From: Candidatus Bathyarchaeota archaeon B24
GTDB lineage: Archaea; Thermoproteota; CALKCG01; B24
Reading direction: 5' to 3'
Length of the DNA: 64,000 nt
NCBI GenBank assembly: GCA_001593865.1
Contig: LUCB01000003.1
Span: 30,781-94,780, forward strand
Shown here piece by piece: positions 1 to 8,400 of this stretch. The translations under genes were made by a program, and so were the position numbers. A model generated the notes under the pieces. The model saw nothing but the letters and a program-made list of their open reading frames with translations. It made no database searches and was not told where the DNA came from. The stretch's first letter is position 1. Each line of letters begins with the position of its first letter.

Positions 1-356
1 CGGCTCCGGAGGCTACCCCGAGTATCTGCGACGAAACCAAAGGGTTCCTAAACAATCCCTGAAACGATGTTCCCGAGAGCGCTAAGGCTGCTCCTACAAG
101 AGCCGCTGCTATCGCCCTAGGCAACCTTACCTGGATGATCACGATCTCCACCTGCTTGGGTACGTCGTAATGAAACGGCAGAATCTTCGAGATCAATACG
201 GAGAACACGATCTGAGGCGATATCTGGTACCTACCCACGAGAAGCGACAGCAGAAACGACAATATTGGAGCTAGTATTAAAGCCGTAGCTACTAAGGATT
301 TTCGCCCTCTAACCTCTTCAAGAATGTCTTCAAGTACCTGGTATCTCGACACCATA
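1..356 (-). CDS. FecCD/BtuC-family ABC transporter permease, N-terminal part only (gene runs off the left window edge)
   Basis: Absent from the ORF track because it is truncated. My minus-strand translation from the ATG at 356 gives MVSRYQVLEDILEEVRGRKSLVATALILAPILSFLLSLLVGRYQISPQIV...QVRLPRAIAAALVGAALALSGTSFQGLFRNPLVSSQILGVASGA. This carries the classic RLPR..AA.LVGAALALSG..Q.LFRNPL motif of iron-siderophore/cobalamin permeases. The start overlaps the 3' end of the upstream binding-protein gene by 27 nt, suggesting an operon. Confidence 0.8.
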
Positions 357-1823
357 CTCACCACTCAAGATTCTACTAAGCTCTTCGTCTGAAAGCTCAT
401 AGCCGAGAAACCGATGGTAAAACAGCTTAACCTCCTCTTCGAAGTTGAACGAGAAGGCATCTGGGTTGAGCTTCTCTGCAAGCCACATGGCGCCTAAGAA
501 AGCCTCGGGCTCCGGCGTGATCCAGCTTCTAAGCCCCCTAGGTATCACGTAGACTCTATTATTTTTGACGGCGTTGACTTCAGCCCACCTCGGGTCTGAG
601 AGAATCAACTCCTTAACCTTAGGGTCCCAGGTTATGATGACATCTGGGTTCCATGTCAACACGGTCTCCATCGAAACCGCCGCCATAGGCGGGCCACCTC
701 CGGCCGGTCCGGAGAGGTTTTCGGCGACGTTCACCCCACCGGCTATCCAAACTATGTCGCGTGAGATGTAGGTTATATGCGTTTTCAGTCCATCGCTTAT
801 GGCTATGTAAACCTTAGCTCTCTCGCTCCTCGGGATCTTTGAGGTCACGTTCATCAGAGCCATCATCTTCTCCTCGCAGTATGAGGCAAGCTCCTCAGCC
901 TTATCTTCCCTATCTATCACTTTACCTATCAGCCTGATAGCCTCTGGAAGCTGGTCGCAGTGCAATCGACCCATAGGTACGATCACGACCGGTATCTCAA
1001 GTTCCTCAAACTTTTTGACCACCTCCATGGGTCTATCGGTCGTCAAGACGACGTCGGGGTCAAGGCTTAGAATCAATTCTATGTTTACGCTCCAAGGAGC
1101 ACCGGCCACGGGTATGTTTTTGATCTGTGGAAAAACCTTCGTAAGAAGCTCCGAGGTGGGTGAGACGCTATCCACCCCGACCAACAAGTCTCCCCCATCC
1201 ATCATGAGTATAGAGAGGGTTATCATAGGAACTATGCTGACGACCCTCTTGACAGGCTTAGGCACGATCACTCTTCTACCGAGCCAATCGATGACGCTTT
1301 TAAACTCTAACGCATACTCTCTAAGCTCTTCAGGAACATCTCCGAATCCCATAGCAGGTGTCACGGGTTCATACCCATACTCGCGGAGAACATCCTTCCC
1401 CTCCTCGCTTAAGAGTAACTGCGTGAAAGCTAAAGCCTGTTCGAGATGTTTAGAGTTCCGACTCACCGCTATATAATAAGCGGTTCCACCATCTCCGGTC
1501 GCAAACTCTAGGTACCAGTTCACATAACCGTTCTCAGAGAGCATCTCCATAACGCTGAGGTCTTCTGCTATAACGATATCGACCTCCCCTTCGTCTAAGA
1601 GGGTGTACAGCTCTTCTCTCACATGGTAAGGTTTAAGCTCTAAATCCACACCTCCGTTTTCTCTCTCAAACAAGCGTTCTAACTCCTCAAAAGTAGCTGA
1701 CAATGTATATGGGTAGAGCGCAACCATCCTGACGACCCAGGGCTTCAGATAAACGAAAACCCACGCGGTTAAAACTAGAACCATGAGTACGGCCAAAGAA
1801 ACAACCACTATCCGTCCATTCAA
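330..1823 (-). CDS. Membrane-anchored ABC substrate-binding protein: N-terminal ModA/WtpA-like half-domain fused to a FecB/BtuF-type (class III) binding domain
   Basis: 497-aa ORF with an N-terminal TM anchor (IVVVSLAVLMVLVLTAWVFVYL). Residues ~35-165 (DLELKPYHVREELYTLLDEGEVDIVIAEDLSVMEML...YYIAVSRNSKHLEQALAFTQLLLSEEGKDVLREYGYEP) resemble molybdate/tungstate-type PBPs. Residues ~185-497 (RVVSIVPMITLSILMMDGGDLLVGVD...LDPDVVLT...NPDVIITW...NNRVYVIPRGL) are typical FecB/BtuF. It lies directly upstream of a FecCD permease. Confidence 0.7.
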   Translation of the reverse strand: MNGRIVVVSLAVLMVLVLTAWVFVYLKPWVVRMVALYPYTLSATFEELERLFERENGGVDLELKPYHVREELYTLLDEGEVDIVIAEDLSVMEMLSENGYVNWYLEFATGDGGTAYYIAVSRNSKHLEQALAFTQLLLSEEGKDVLREYGYEPVTPAMGFGDVPEELREYALEFKSVIDWLGRRVIVPKPVKRVVSIVPMITLSILMMDGGDLLVGVDSVSPTSELLTKVFPQIKNIPVAGAPWSVNIELILSLDPDVVLTTDRPMEVVKKFEELEIPVVIVPMGRLHCDQLPEAIRLIGKVIDREDKAEELASYCEEKMMALMNVTSKIPRSERAKVYIAISDGLKTHITYISRDIVWIAGGVNVAENLSGPAGGGPPMAAVSMETVLTWNPDVIITWDPKVKELILSDPRWAEVNAVKNNRVYVIPRGLRSWITPEPEAFLGAMWLAEKLNPDAFSFNFEEEVKLFYHRFLGYELSDEELSRILSGEYGVEIPGT

Positions 1824-1910
1824 TTATTCACACCTATTTGGTATAACTTATAGAAGTTAATATAAATTTTTCTTTTAAAGTTAAAAAATGGAAGAGATAG
1901 TGGGATGGTG

Positions 1911-2660
1911 CTAAGTTAACGTCTTTGCGAAACGCTTGTAGGCTATGTAATAAAACGCTATAATAGAGAATATTAATACTGCGAAATCTGTAGCCAGCAT
2001 GGTAAGATTATTTACGCCGACGATCGACTGGTAGATCATATCTACGGAGTAAGTTAGGGGGATCAGGTAGGCTATGAACTTCAGCGAAGGCATGAATGCG
2101 TATATCTCATCTATCGGCATGAACACGCCTGCGAAGAAGATCATGAAGAACCTGACGAAGTTCATCGGCCACATGACATCGGCTATGTCCTCGGCTGAGG
2201 CAGAGAACGCTAAGCCCAGAGCACACGCAGAGAGCACGGATAAGGCTACCGCTACCACGAGGAGGGCTGCGTTGAGATTCCAGAAGCCGGCGAACGGAAG
2301 TATTATCGAGAGAACTATAAGGGTTATCGGAAAGCTGAACGTGAATCCTGCAAGACTTTTACCGAGTAGAATTGTCTTCAGCGAGACAGGTGCAAGTAGA
2401 AGCCTATCTATAGTCCCGGTTCTTCTCTCGAGCGGAAGTATAACAGCCTCGACGGTTGTCCCTCCGAAGAACGTCGATAAGGCCGTGACCCCCACGACCC
2501 TATAGTCCTCTGTGACGCATGGCCTCCCTGCAAGAAACGCCCCAAACATAGCGAAGGGCAGAACTACACCGTAAAACAGCGTAGCCGGCTTACTATAGTA
2601 AGTCTTGACATCTTTCTTAGCTATTACAAGTGCCTTTTTCAGGGTTAAAACTATGCTCAT
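1911..2660 (-). CDS. ABC-2 type transporter permease (6 TM)
   Basis: The ORF-track entry 1911..2789 is trimmed to the internal ATG at 2660 (MSIVLTLKKALVIAKKDVKTYYSKPATLFYGVVLPF...). That ATG forms an ATGA overlap with the stop of the upstream ATPase gene. The remainder is hydrophobic and multi-pass, with ABC-2 family character. Confidence 0.75.
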   Translation of the reverse strand: MSIVLTLKKALVIAKKDVKTYYSKPATLFYGVVLPFAMFGAFLAGRPCVTEDYRVVGVTALSTFFGGTTVEAVILPLERRTGTIDRLLLAPVSLKTILLGKSLAGFTFSFPITLIVLSIILPFAGFWNLNAALLVVAVALSVLSACALGLAFSASAEDIADVMWPMNFVRFFMIFFAGVFMPIDEIYAFMPSLKFIAYLIPLTYSVDMIYQSIVGVNNLTMLATDFAVLIFSIIAFYYIAYKRFAKTLT

Positions 2661-3670
2661 CTTCTTCTCCTCCTCCCAGAGGGTCTCACAAGCTCCAGCC
2701 TCTCGACATCGACGGCTGTCAGCCCCGTAAGCTTCACAAATACGTCTTCTAGGCTCGGTGTCAGGGTTCTTACCGAAATAATCTTCCAACCCTTTAAGTC
2801 GGCTAGGCCCGTAAGCTTGGATAATGTCGCGGAGGGATCTCTGGTGTATATTCTAAACTTATCCCCGGACCTCACCACGTCGCCTCCGACGACCTTCAGA
2901 TCCTCAAGACTAGGTATGGGTGAGATGGAGACCTCTATGCTTAACTCACCTCCGATGGTCTGCTTAAGCCTCTCAGGCTTATCAAGGGCTACTAGATGCC
3001 CTCGATTAATTATTCCCACCCTCCCGCAGAGATTATCAGCCTCGTCTATGAAGTGGGTTGTCATAAAGATTGTAACACCCTCCTTATTCAACTTCCTCAG
3101 GACGTTCCTGATGATCCTTGTACTCTGAACGTCTAACCCACTCGTAGGCTCGTCGAGAAAGATTATTTCGGGGTTATGGATTAAAGCGGCCGCTATAGCA
3201 AGCCTCCTTCGCATACCCTTAGAAAAGGTCGCAGCCTTATCGTGTCTCCTCTCGTACAGCCCAAAGACTTCTAAGAGCTCTTTAGCCCTCTCGACGGCCG
3301 CATCCCTTGGAACGTCGTAGAGTTCGGCTATGAACAGGAGGTTCTCCCAAGCCGTCATCTCGACATATATGTTAGACACCTCGGGAACGACCCCCATGAG
3401 CCTCTTAACGTCTAAGGGCCTCTCCATTATATTAACCCCCATTATGAGCGCCTCACCCTCAGTAGGTGTAAGGAGCCCAGTAAGCATCCTGACGGTGGTG
3501 GTCTTCCCGGCTCCATTGGGTCCAAGCAAACCGAAGAACTCGCCTTTAAACACTTTCAAGTTCAACCCGTTAACGGCCGTGAATTTACCATACCGCTTAG
3601 TGAGATTCCGCGCCTCGATAGCCACGTTAACGTCAGAGCGCAAATCTCCGTAAGAAGACAGTTCCTGCAT
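2657..3670 (-). CDS. ABC transporter ATP-binding protein, DrrA/CcmA (ABC-2 partner) type with C-terminal accessory domain
   Basis: Walker A is GLLGPNGAGKTT, the signature is FSKGMRRRLAIAAAL, Walker B is IIFLDEPTSGLD and the H-loop is TTHFIDEA. It is translationally coupled to the ABC-2 permease. Confidence 0.9.
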   Translation of the reverse strand: MQELSSYGDLRSDVNVAIEARNLTKRYGKFTAVNGLNLKVFKGEFFGLLGPNGAGKTTTVRMLTGLLTPTEGEALIMGVNIMERPLDVKRLMGVVPEVSNIYVEMTAWENLLFIAELYDVPRDAAVERAKELLEVFGLYERRHDKAATFSKGMRRRLAIAAALIHNPEIIFLDEPTSGLDVQSTRIIRNVLRKLNKEGVTIFMTTHFIDEADNLCGRVGIINRGHLVALDKPERLKQTIGGELSIEVSISPIPSLEDLKVVGGDVVRSGDKFRIYTRDPSATLSKLTGLADLKGWKIISVRTLTPSLEDVFVKLTGLTAVDVERLELVRPSGRRRRR

Positions 3671-3796
3671 CTCTCGAATAACTCTAAGAGCCGACTGTCT
3701 ATAAACCTTTCTACCGGTACCTAGGTCGATAACACTGGACCCGGTGAACGAAAAATTTTTTAACTTTTAAAAGATATACCTTTTGTTAGTGAGAAA

Positions 3797-4720
3797 ATGT
3801 CTAAGCCCTTGCCCATCATATTGGTTGTATTACTTATTATGCTTAGCTTATCCTTATCTGTGTTGGCTGAAGACGGTGACAGGGACTACGAGGTTTTACA
3901 GGTACGCGATGTAACTCCTACCATGCTTAAACCAGTGACGACTAATGTGACGGTTGAGTCTGCTACTGAGTATTTTGGAATGGGCGTTAAGCCAGCGATT
4001 ATATGCGTCTTCAGAGTGTGCAATGTTGCGTTTAAAACCCTTTGGCCTGGGGAGTCTCCGCTTAGGTCGGACATCCTAGTCATAACCACGAACCCGACTA
4101 GGGCAGTAAGAGATACATTTGAGTTTATAACTAGATGCGTTTCAAGACATAAATACATCCTTAAAAAAATCCCAGGTACATCTTCCATAAAACTGACACC
4201 TGAGAACTGGGTTTTCACGATAGTGAACGAACCTACAGGAGAGGCTGTTGAGATAAAGGTTAGAAAAGAAGTATTCCCTGAGAACTTATTCGAACTTAGG
4301 GCTTCTGTTAAAAGCAAGATCAAGGCTGGAGAGACCCCGAGTGAAGAGGAGATGAAGGCATTTAAAAAAGCTACGGCAGAATTCACCAAACGCTTAAAAA
4401 CCTGGAGTGATGAGGAGCTGTTTGAGGTTAGAACCTTCAGCTACACTCCCGAGCCGCTGGACTTGGAGTCTATGATAAGCTACTATCTCCCAGAAGCCCT
4501 TTCTGAATGGAGGAGGCTGAAGGGGGTCGAGGAGGAGTACAATACGCTCAAGACCGATTACGAGCAGCTTCAGACATCTTATCAGCAGCTGTTGTCTGAG
4601 GTGGAAGACTTAAGAACACAGCTTTCTCAAGCCCAAACCGTTCAGTGGATACTCGGCACGTTAACCGCTATATTCGTCATCGCGACAATTTACCTAGGTT
4701 TAGCTAGAAAACGAAGCTAA
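3797..4720 (+). CDS. Secreted, C-terminally anchored protein with a coiled-coil stalk; the globular domain is possibly FmdE/FwdE-like (weak)
   Basis: Signal peptide PIILVVLLIMLSLSLSVLAED. There is a heptad-rich stretch (EEEYNTLKTDYEQLQTSYQQLLSEVEDLRTQLSQAQ) followed by the TM helix ILGTLTAIFVIATIYLGLA-RKRS. A TATA-like element lies ~25 nt upstream. Confidence 0.6.
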   Translation: MSKPLPIILVVLLIMLSLSLSVLAEDGDRDYEVLQVRDVTPTMLKPVTTNVTVESATEYFGMGVKPAIICVFRVCNVAFKTLWPGESPLRSDILVITTNPTRAVRDTFEFITRCVSRHKYILKKIPGTSSIKLTPENWVFTIVNEPTGEAVEIKVRKEVFPENLFELRASVKSKIKAGETPSEEEMKAFKKATAEFTKRLKTWSDEELFEVRTFSYTPEPLDLESMISYYLPEALSEWRRLKGVEEEYNTLKTDYEQLQTSYQQLLSEVEDLRTQLSQAQTVQWILGTLTAIFVIATIYLGLARKRS

Positions 4721-4746
4721 AACAACTCCCTCACTTTTCTTCATTA

Positions 4747-5280
4747 TCACATTTTCTTTTCCCTAAGTAATCCATACATCAAAATCCAGAATGATCCGGC
4801 TAACATTCCGAAGCCTATTTTAGTGAGTAACGCCTTCTCCTCAGTCGGCGTCTTAGCCGGGCTTCTACTCACACCGACCTTCACCACTACATGTTTATCA
4901 AAACATTGACCAATGTTATCTAGAAAAAGCACATAGGTCTTGTTAGCCTCAGTATTCCAATGCGTCAACATATAACTAGTCGTATGCTCGACATTTGCGA
5001 TCGTTTCATAGTTCTCATTCGACAGAAATCTCTCATAGTTATCTTTATCCATAAACATGAGGGTTATACAGTGTTCATAGGTCCTCACTTCGACCACTAT
5101 CTCGACATTTGCATTGAAAGATAATTGTATGCTATAAGTCTCATCCACCTTTATAAATAGCTTATCCTCATAAATCCACTTATCCACCGATACTATAGTA
5201 GATAGTGATTGTGCAGCTAATATAGCATATATGCCGGCAATTAAAATCACTATGCCAAGATATATAAGCCTTCGGTCCAT
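4747..5280 (-). CDS. Bitopic membrane protein (N- and C-terminal TM, ~130-aa beta-rich ectodomain); paralog of 14341..14934
   Basis: N-terminal TM is LIYLGIVILIAGIYAILAA and C-terminal TM is IGFGMLAGSFWILMYGLL-REKK. Blocks IYEDKLFIKVDE / NVEIVVEV / DKDNYERFL / NKTYVLFLDN align with LYEDRFEMKREE / NVTVVTIV / YNETFQEFI / NRTMTYYFILYN of the 197-aa protein. Confidence 0.6.
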   Translation of the reverse strand: MDRRLIYLGIVILIAGIYAILAAQSLSTIVSVDKWIYEDKLFIKVDETYSIQLSFNANVEIVVEVRTYEHCITLMFMDKDNYERFLSNENYETIANVEHTTSYMLTHWNTEANKTYVLFLDNIGQCFDKHVVVKVGVSRSPAKTPTEEKALLTKIGFGMLAGSFWILMYGLLREKKM

Positions 5281-5430
5281 ATCCTTGATCTAAGAAATGA
5301 AGTAGAAATAGACCAAATTTAAATTTTTCTTTTCAAACTTTTCTTCTCTCTAGATTCAGTTGATAGTTTTCCTTGGAAAGTGAAAAGGCTTATATAAGGT
5401 TTCGTTCGATTTTAAATCCCGGTGTAACCA

Positions 5431-8400
5431 GTGAGACCGGTTAAGCTTTCAAGTCATCGGACTCATCCGGCCGTGTCTAAGGCCTTCCTAGTAACTCTTA
5501 TCGCCATGCTACCGCTGGCGTTAGTAGGTTCAATCCTTGTGTCACCAGCATATTCGCAGCTTCAACCTCAAAACCAAGAAGAACTAATGGCCATGTTCAA
5601 GGAAGTCCTAGATAACATTGACCAAAAAGAAATTATGGAGCATGTAGCCTTCTTTTCAAGCTGCGGGTCTAGGGTTACAGGGTATCCCGGCTTCTTCAAG
5701 GCCATGGATTATGTCGTCTCTAAATTTGAAGAATATGGTATTCAGCCCTACGGTGAGGACGGCTACTTCGAATACTTCTACATAACGATTCCCGTCGACT
5801 ATGGAGCTAACATATTGCTTGAGGATGGTGAGGTTCTCCACGGCTATAATCTTTGGCCTAATCTAGTTAACCCGTCGCCTTATAGGAGTCCGCCTGAAGG
5901 CGATTTATTGGTTTATGTCGGTGGAGGAACGTTCGACGACCTTTCTAAGGTAAACGTCACAGACCGATGGGTGTTGATGGATTTCGACAGCAGGTGGTTC
6001 TTCCGTCTGGCTGCGATGTTCGGCGCCAAAGGTGTAATATACATAGGTACTGGGAAAGAATCTAGGATGGAGGCGTTCCAAAAGCTATACAACGTACCGA
6101 TGGCGTTTCCGAAGATCTACCTAAACCCGGAGGACGGTCTTCGTCTGAAGGAGCTATGCGAGAAGCAGGGTGAGGTCAAGATCTGGATAAACTCGTTGAT
6201 GAGGTGGGAGCGCATACGGGTCGCCAACATAGTAGGCTTCATACCAGGCACCGCTAACGCCTCGGAGATAGGGGTCATAACAGCCTATTTAGATTCCTGG
6301 TCTATAGTCCCTGCCCTATCCCCTGGGGCGACCGATGCCCTAGGTATCTCCGCGCTCTTGAACTTCGCGAAGTTTTTGGCTAAGAACCCGCCTAGGCGTT
6401 CGGTCATGCTTGTCGTCCTAGCCGGGCACTGGCAGAGCTTATGGGGTGCTAGGGAATGGGTCGACAGGCACTTCGACATACTTGGGACTTCTGTGAAGTT
6501 CTTCGTAAGCCTAGACCTATCGGCTGGTAGCCAGCAATTAGCCGTATACAACCGTGGCAACGTATACTCATACACCAACCTGCAGACCCTAAACAGCCGA
6601 TACACATCGCTGATAAACCTCCTGTTCAGGACATACTTGCCTGTGCTGAGGGATGACTCTCTCCTCGGAGAACGCTTCGGCGCCTACTTCATAGACGAGA
6701 TACTGCTGACCTATCCTCCTTGGATAAGCGCATGCCCGCCTACGGAGTTCCTAGGGGCAACCTACTTCGACTCTGAGCCTTACGTAGCCGCATGCTACGG
6801 TGGAGGCTTCGCTTTCCATACGACGAACGATGCAAGAATCTATATGAAGGGCCCTGGCGACACTTATGACCGAATCCAGTGGGACAACTACTGGCCTCAA
6901 GTGCAGTTTATATGTACGTCGCTGTACGGTTTATTGAACGAGCCTGTGATAGACCTACCTCAGTCACCTTCGAGGCTGGAGGCTACAGGTGAGTGGGGCT
7001 ACTGCAGCTTGACGATCAAAGTCGTTAGCTACAATATGACGACGGCTTACTGGGACCCCTTCGACGCTGAGAGGCATCCAGAGGCGATAAACGACACGAT
7101 AGTTCATTACCAATCTACCGCGGCACCGGCTATGCAGGCTGTACCTTCATACGCGGCGTTCGGTGCGGCGTTCATCATGGGTGTACTAGATGTCATAGCT
7201 AAGCCTGATGAAAACGGCGTCGTGGTGATTAAGGGTATAAAGCCTTACACGAGCGGGATGGTAGATGCGTTTGTGATAAATAGCACTAACGGTGAGATAG
7301 AGTGGGCCACCGACATAGGCGTGTATTCGCCTTATCAGTCTAAGATCGCCTCTGTGACGACGGTAAATGCATCGTACTTATGTTCAATATTCAGGTGCGC
7401 AAGCATAGTTCTGTTTGCGTTATTCAATCCGTCCGACCTAAGCTCGATGCCGAACGTGGTGCTATACAACAGGCTGGCTCATGGACCATTGATTCAGCAG
7501 AGCTTCTTAGTTTCGATGTACGGTGACGTGATGGCGTTTATCCAACCGGATATACCGGTTGAGATCCTCATCACACGAGGCCGAGCATTCGGCATGGCGG
7601 CGACAGTGGCAACCTCCGGCGCTGCATTAGGCTCGGTAGGTTTCATCGGAGCCTTCCTCGGAGGAGGTGGTGGAGGTAGGTTCCCGATGGGTATTCTAGT
7701 GAACAGCACCGCTGATTTTCCAGAGGGATATGGATATAAAGTAAGCGCAGGAAAAACATTGAGAATACCGTTCACACCCATGCTCTACGCAAGGGACATC
7801 TTCTTGTTAAACGACGGTAGGGTGAAGCTGGCTGCGAAGTACTTTACATTTAACCCAGTCACCATAATGTTCCATGGATTAGCTGAAAAGTATCTAAAAC
7901 TGGCTTTAGAGGCATACAGGCAGAGAGACTATGGGCTGAGCTATGCATCGGCCTACGCAGCTTGGGCTTATGAGCAGGTAGCATACTACTCTATGATGGA
8001 TCTAATATGGCAAGTGATATACACCATAGTGGTGATATCCATCGCTATAATACCGTTCGCATATGCGATGAGCAGGCTCGTCGGGTTCGAAGGTCGTAGG
8101 CTAATAGCTGGTGTGATCATGCTCTTTGGAATCATGCTGATCGTGCTCGACATATTCCATCCAGGTTTCCACTTGGCTAGCAACGCCGGTATGGCGATCT
8201 TGGCATTCGGTACCGCCATAATAATACTGCCGCTACTGGGCTTCGTGATACGTGAAGCCATGATGAGCGCCAAGACTCTGAAGGAAAGAATGATCGGTAT
8301 GCACACCGCCGAGATAAGCCGCTCCGCCATAGCGTTTCAGGCCTTCTCGCTATCGATTCAGAACATGCGTAGACGACGTTTCATGACGGTGCTGACCCTA

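Noticed and set aside
1015-1476. A 153-aa ORF antisense to the binding-protein gene. There are many similar antisense or alternate-frame ORFs in the track (e.g. 565..771, 2074..2505, 3886..4389, 11127..11582, 25387..25803, 30506..30925, 33782..34210, 51584..52368, 55601..56083).
   Set aside because: They lie wholly inside longer ORFs that have clear family motifs on the other strand or frame. Their composition is low-complexity and Ser/Pro/Arg/Thr-rich, typical of shadow ORFs, and they have no start-site signals.
2661-2789. The N-terminal 43-codon extension of the ABC-2 permease ORF (track entry 1911..2789).
   Set aside because: The extension overlaps the C-terminus of the ATPase gene and is non-hydrophobic (MEDYFGKNPDTEPRRR..). 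The internal ATG at 2660 gives the standard ATGA stop-start coupling and a sensible permease N-terminus.
2657-3670. The ABC ATPase considered as the missing energy-coupling partner of the three FtsX-type giants.
   Set aside because: It is DrrA/CcmA-like with the typical C-terminal accessory domain and is translationally coupled to its own ABC-2 permease. It sits on the opposite strand in a separate operon. Partnership cannot be excluded experimentally, but nothing in the sequence supports it.
7660-7677. The GGA/GGT hexa-repeat (ggaggaggtggtggaggt).
   Set aside because: It simply encodes a GGGGGG linker inside the 1564-aa protein. It is not an independent repeat element or a slippery regulatory site as far as I can see.
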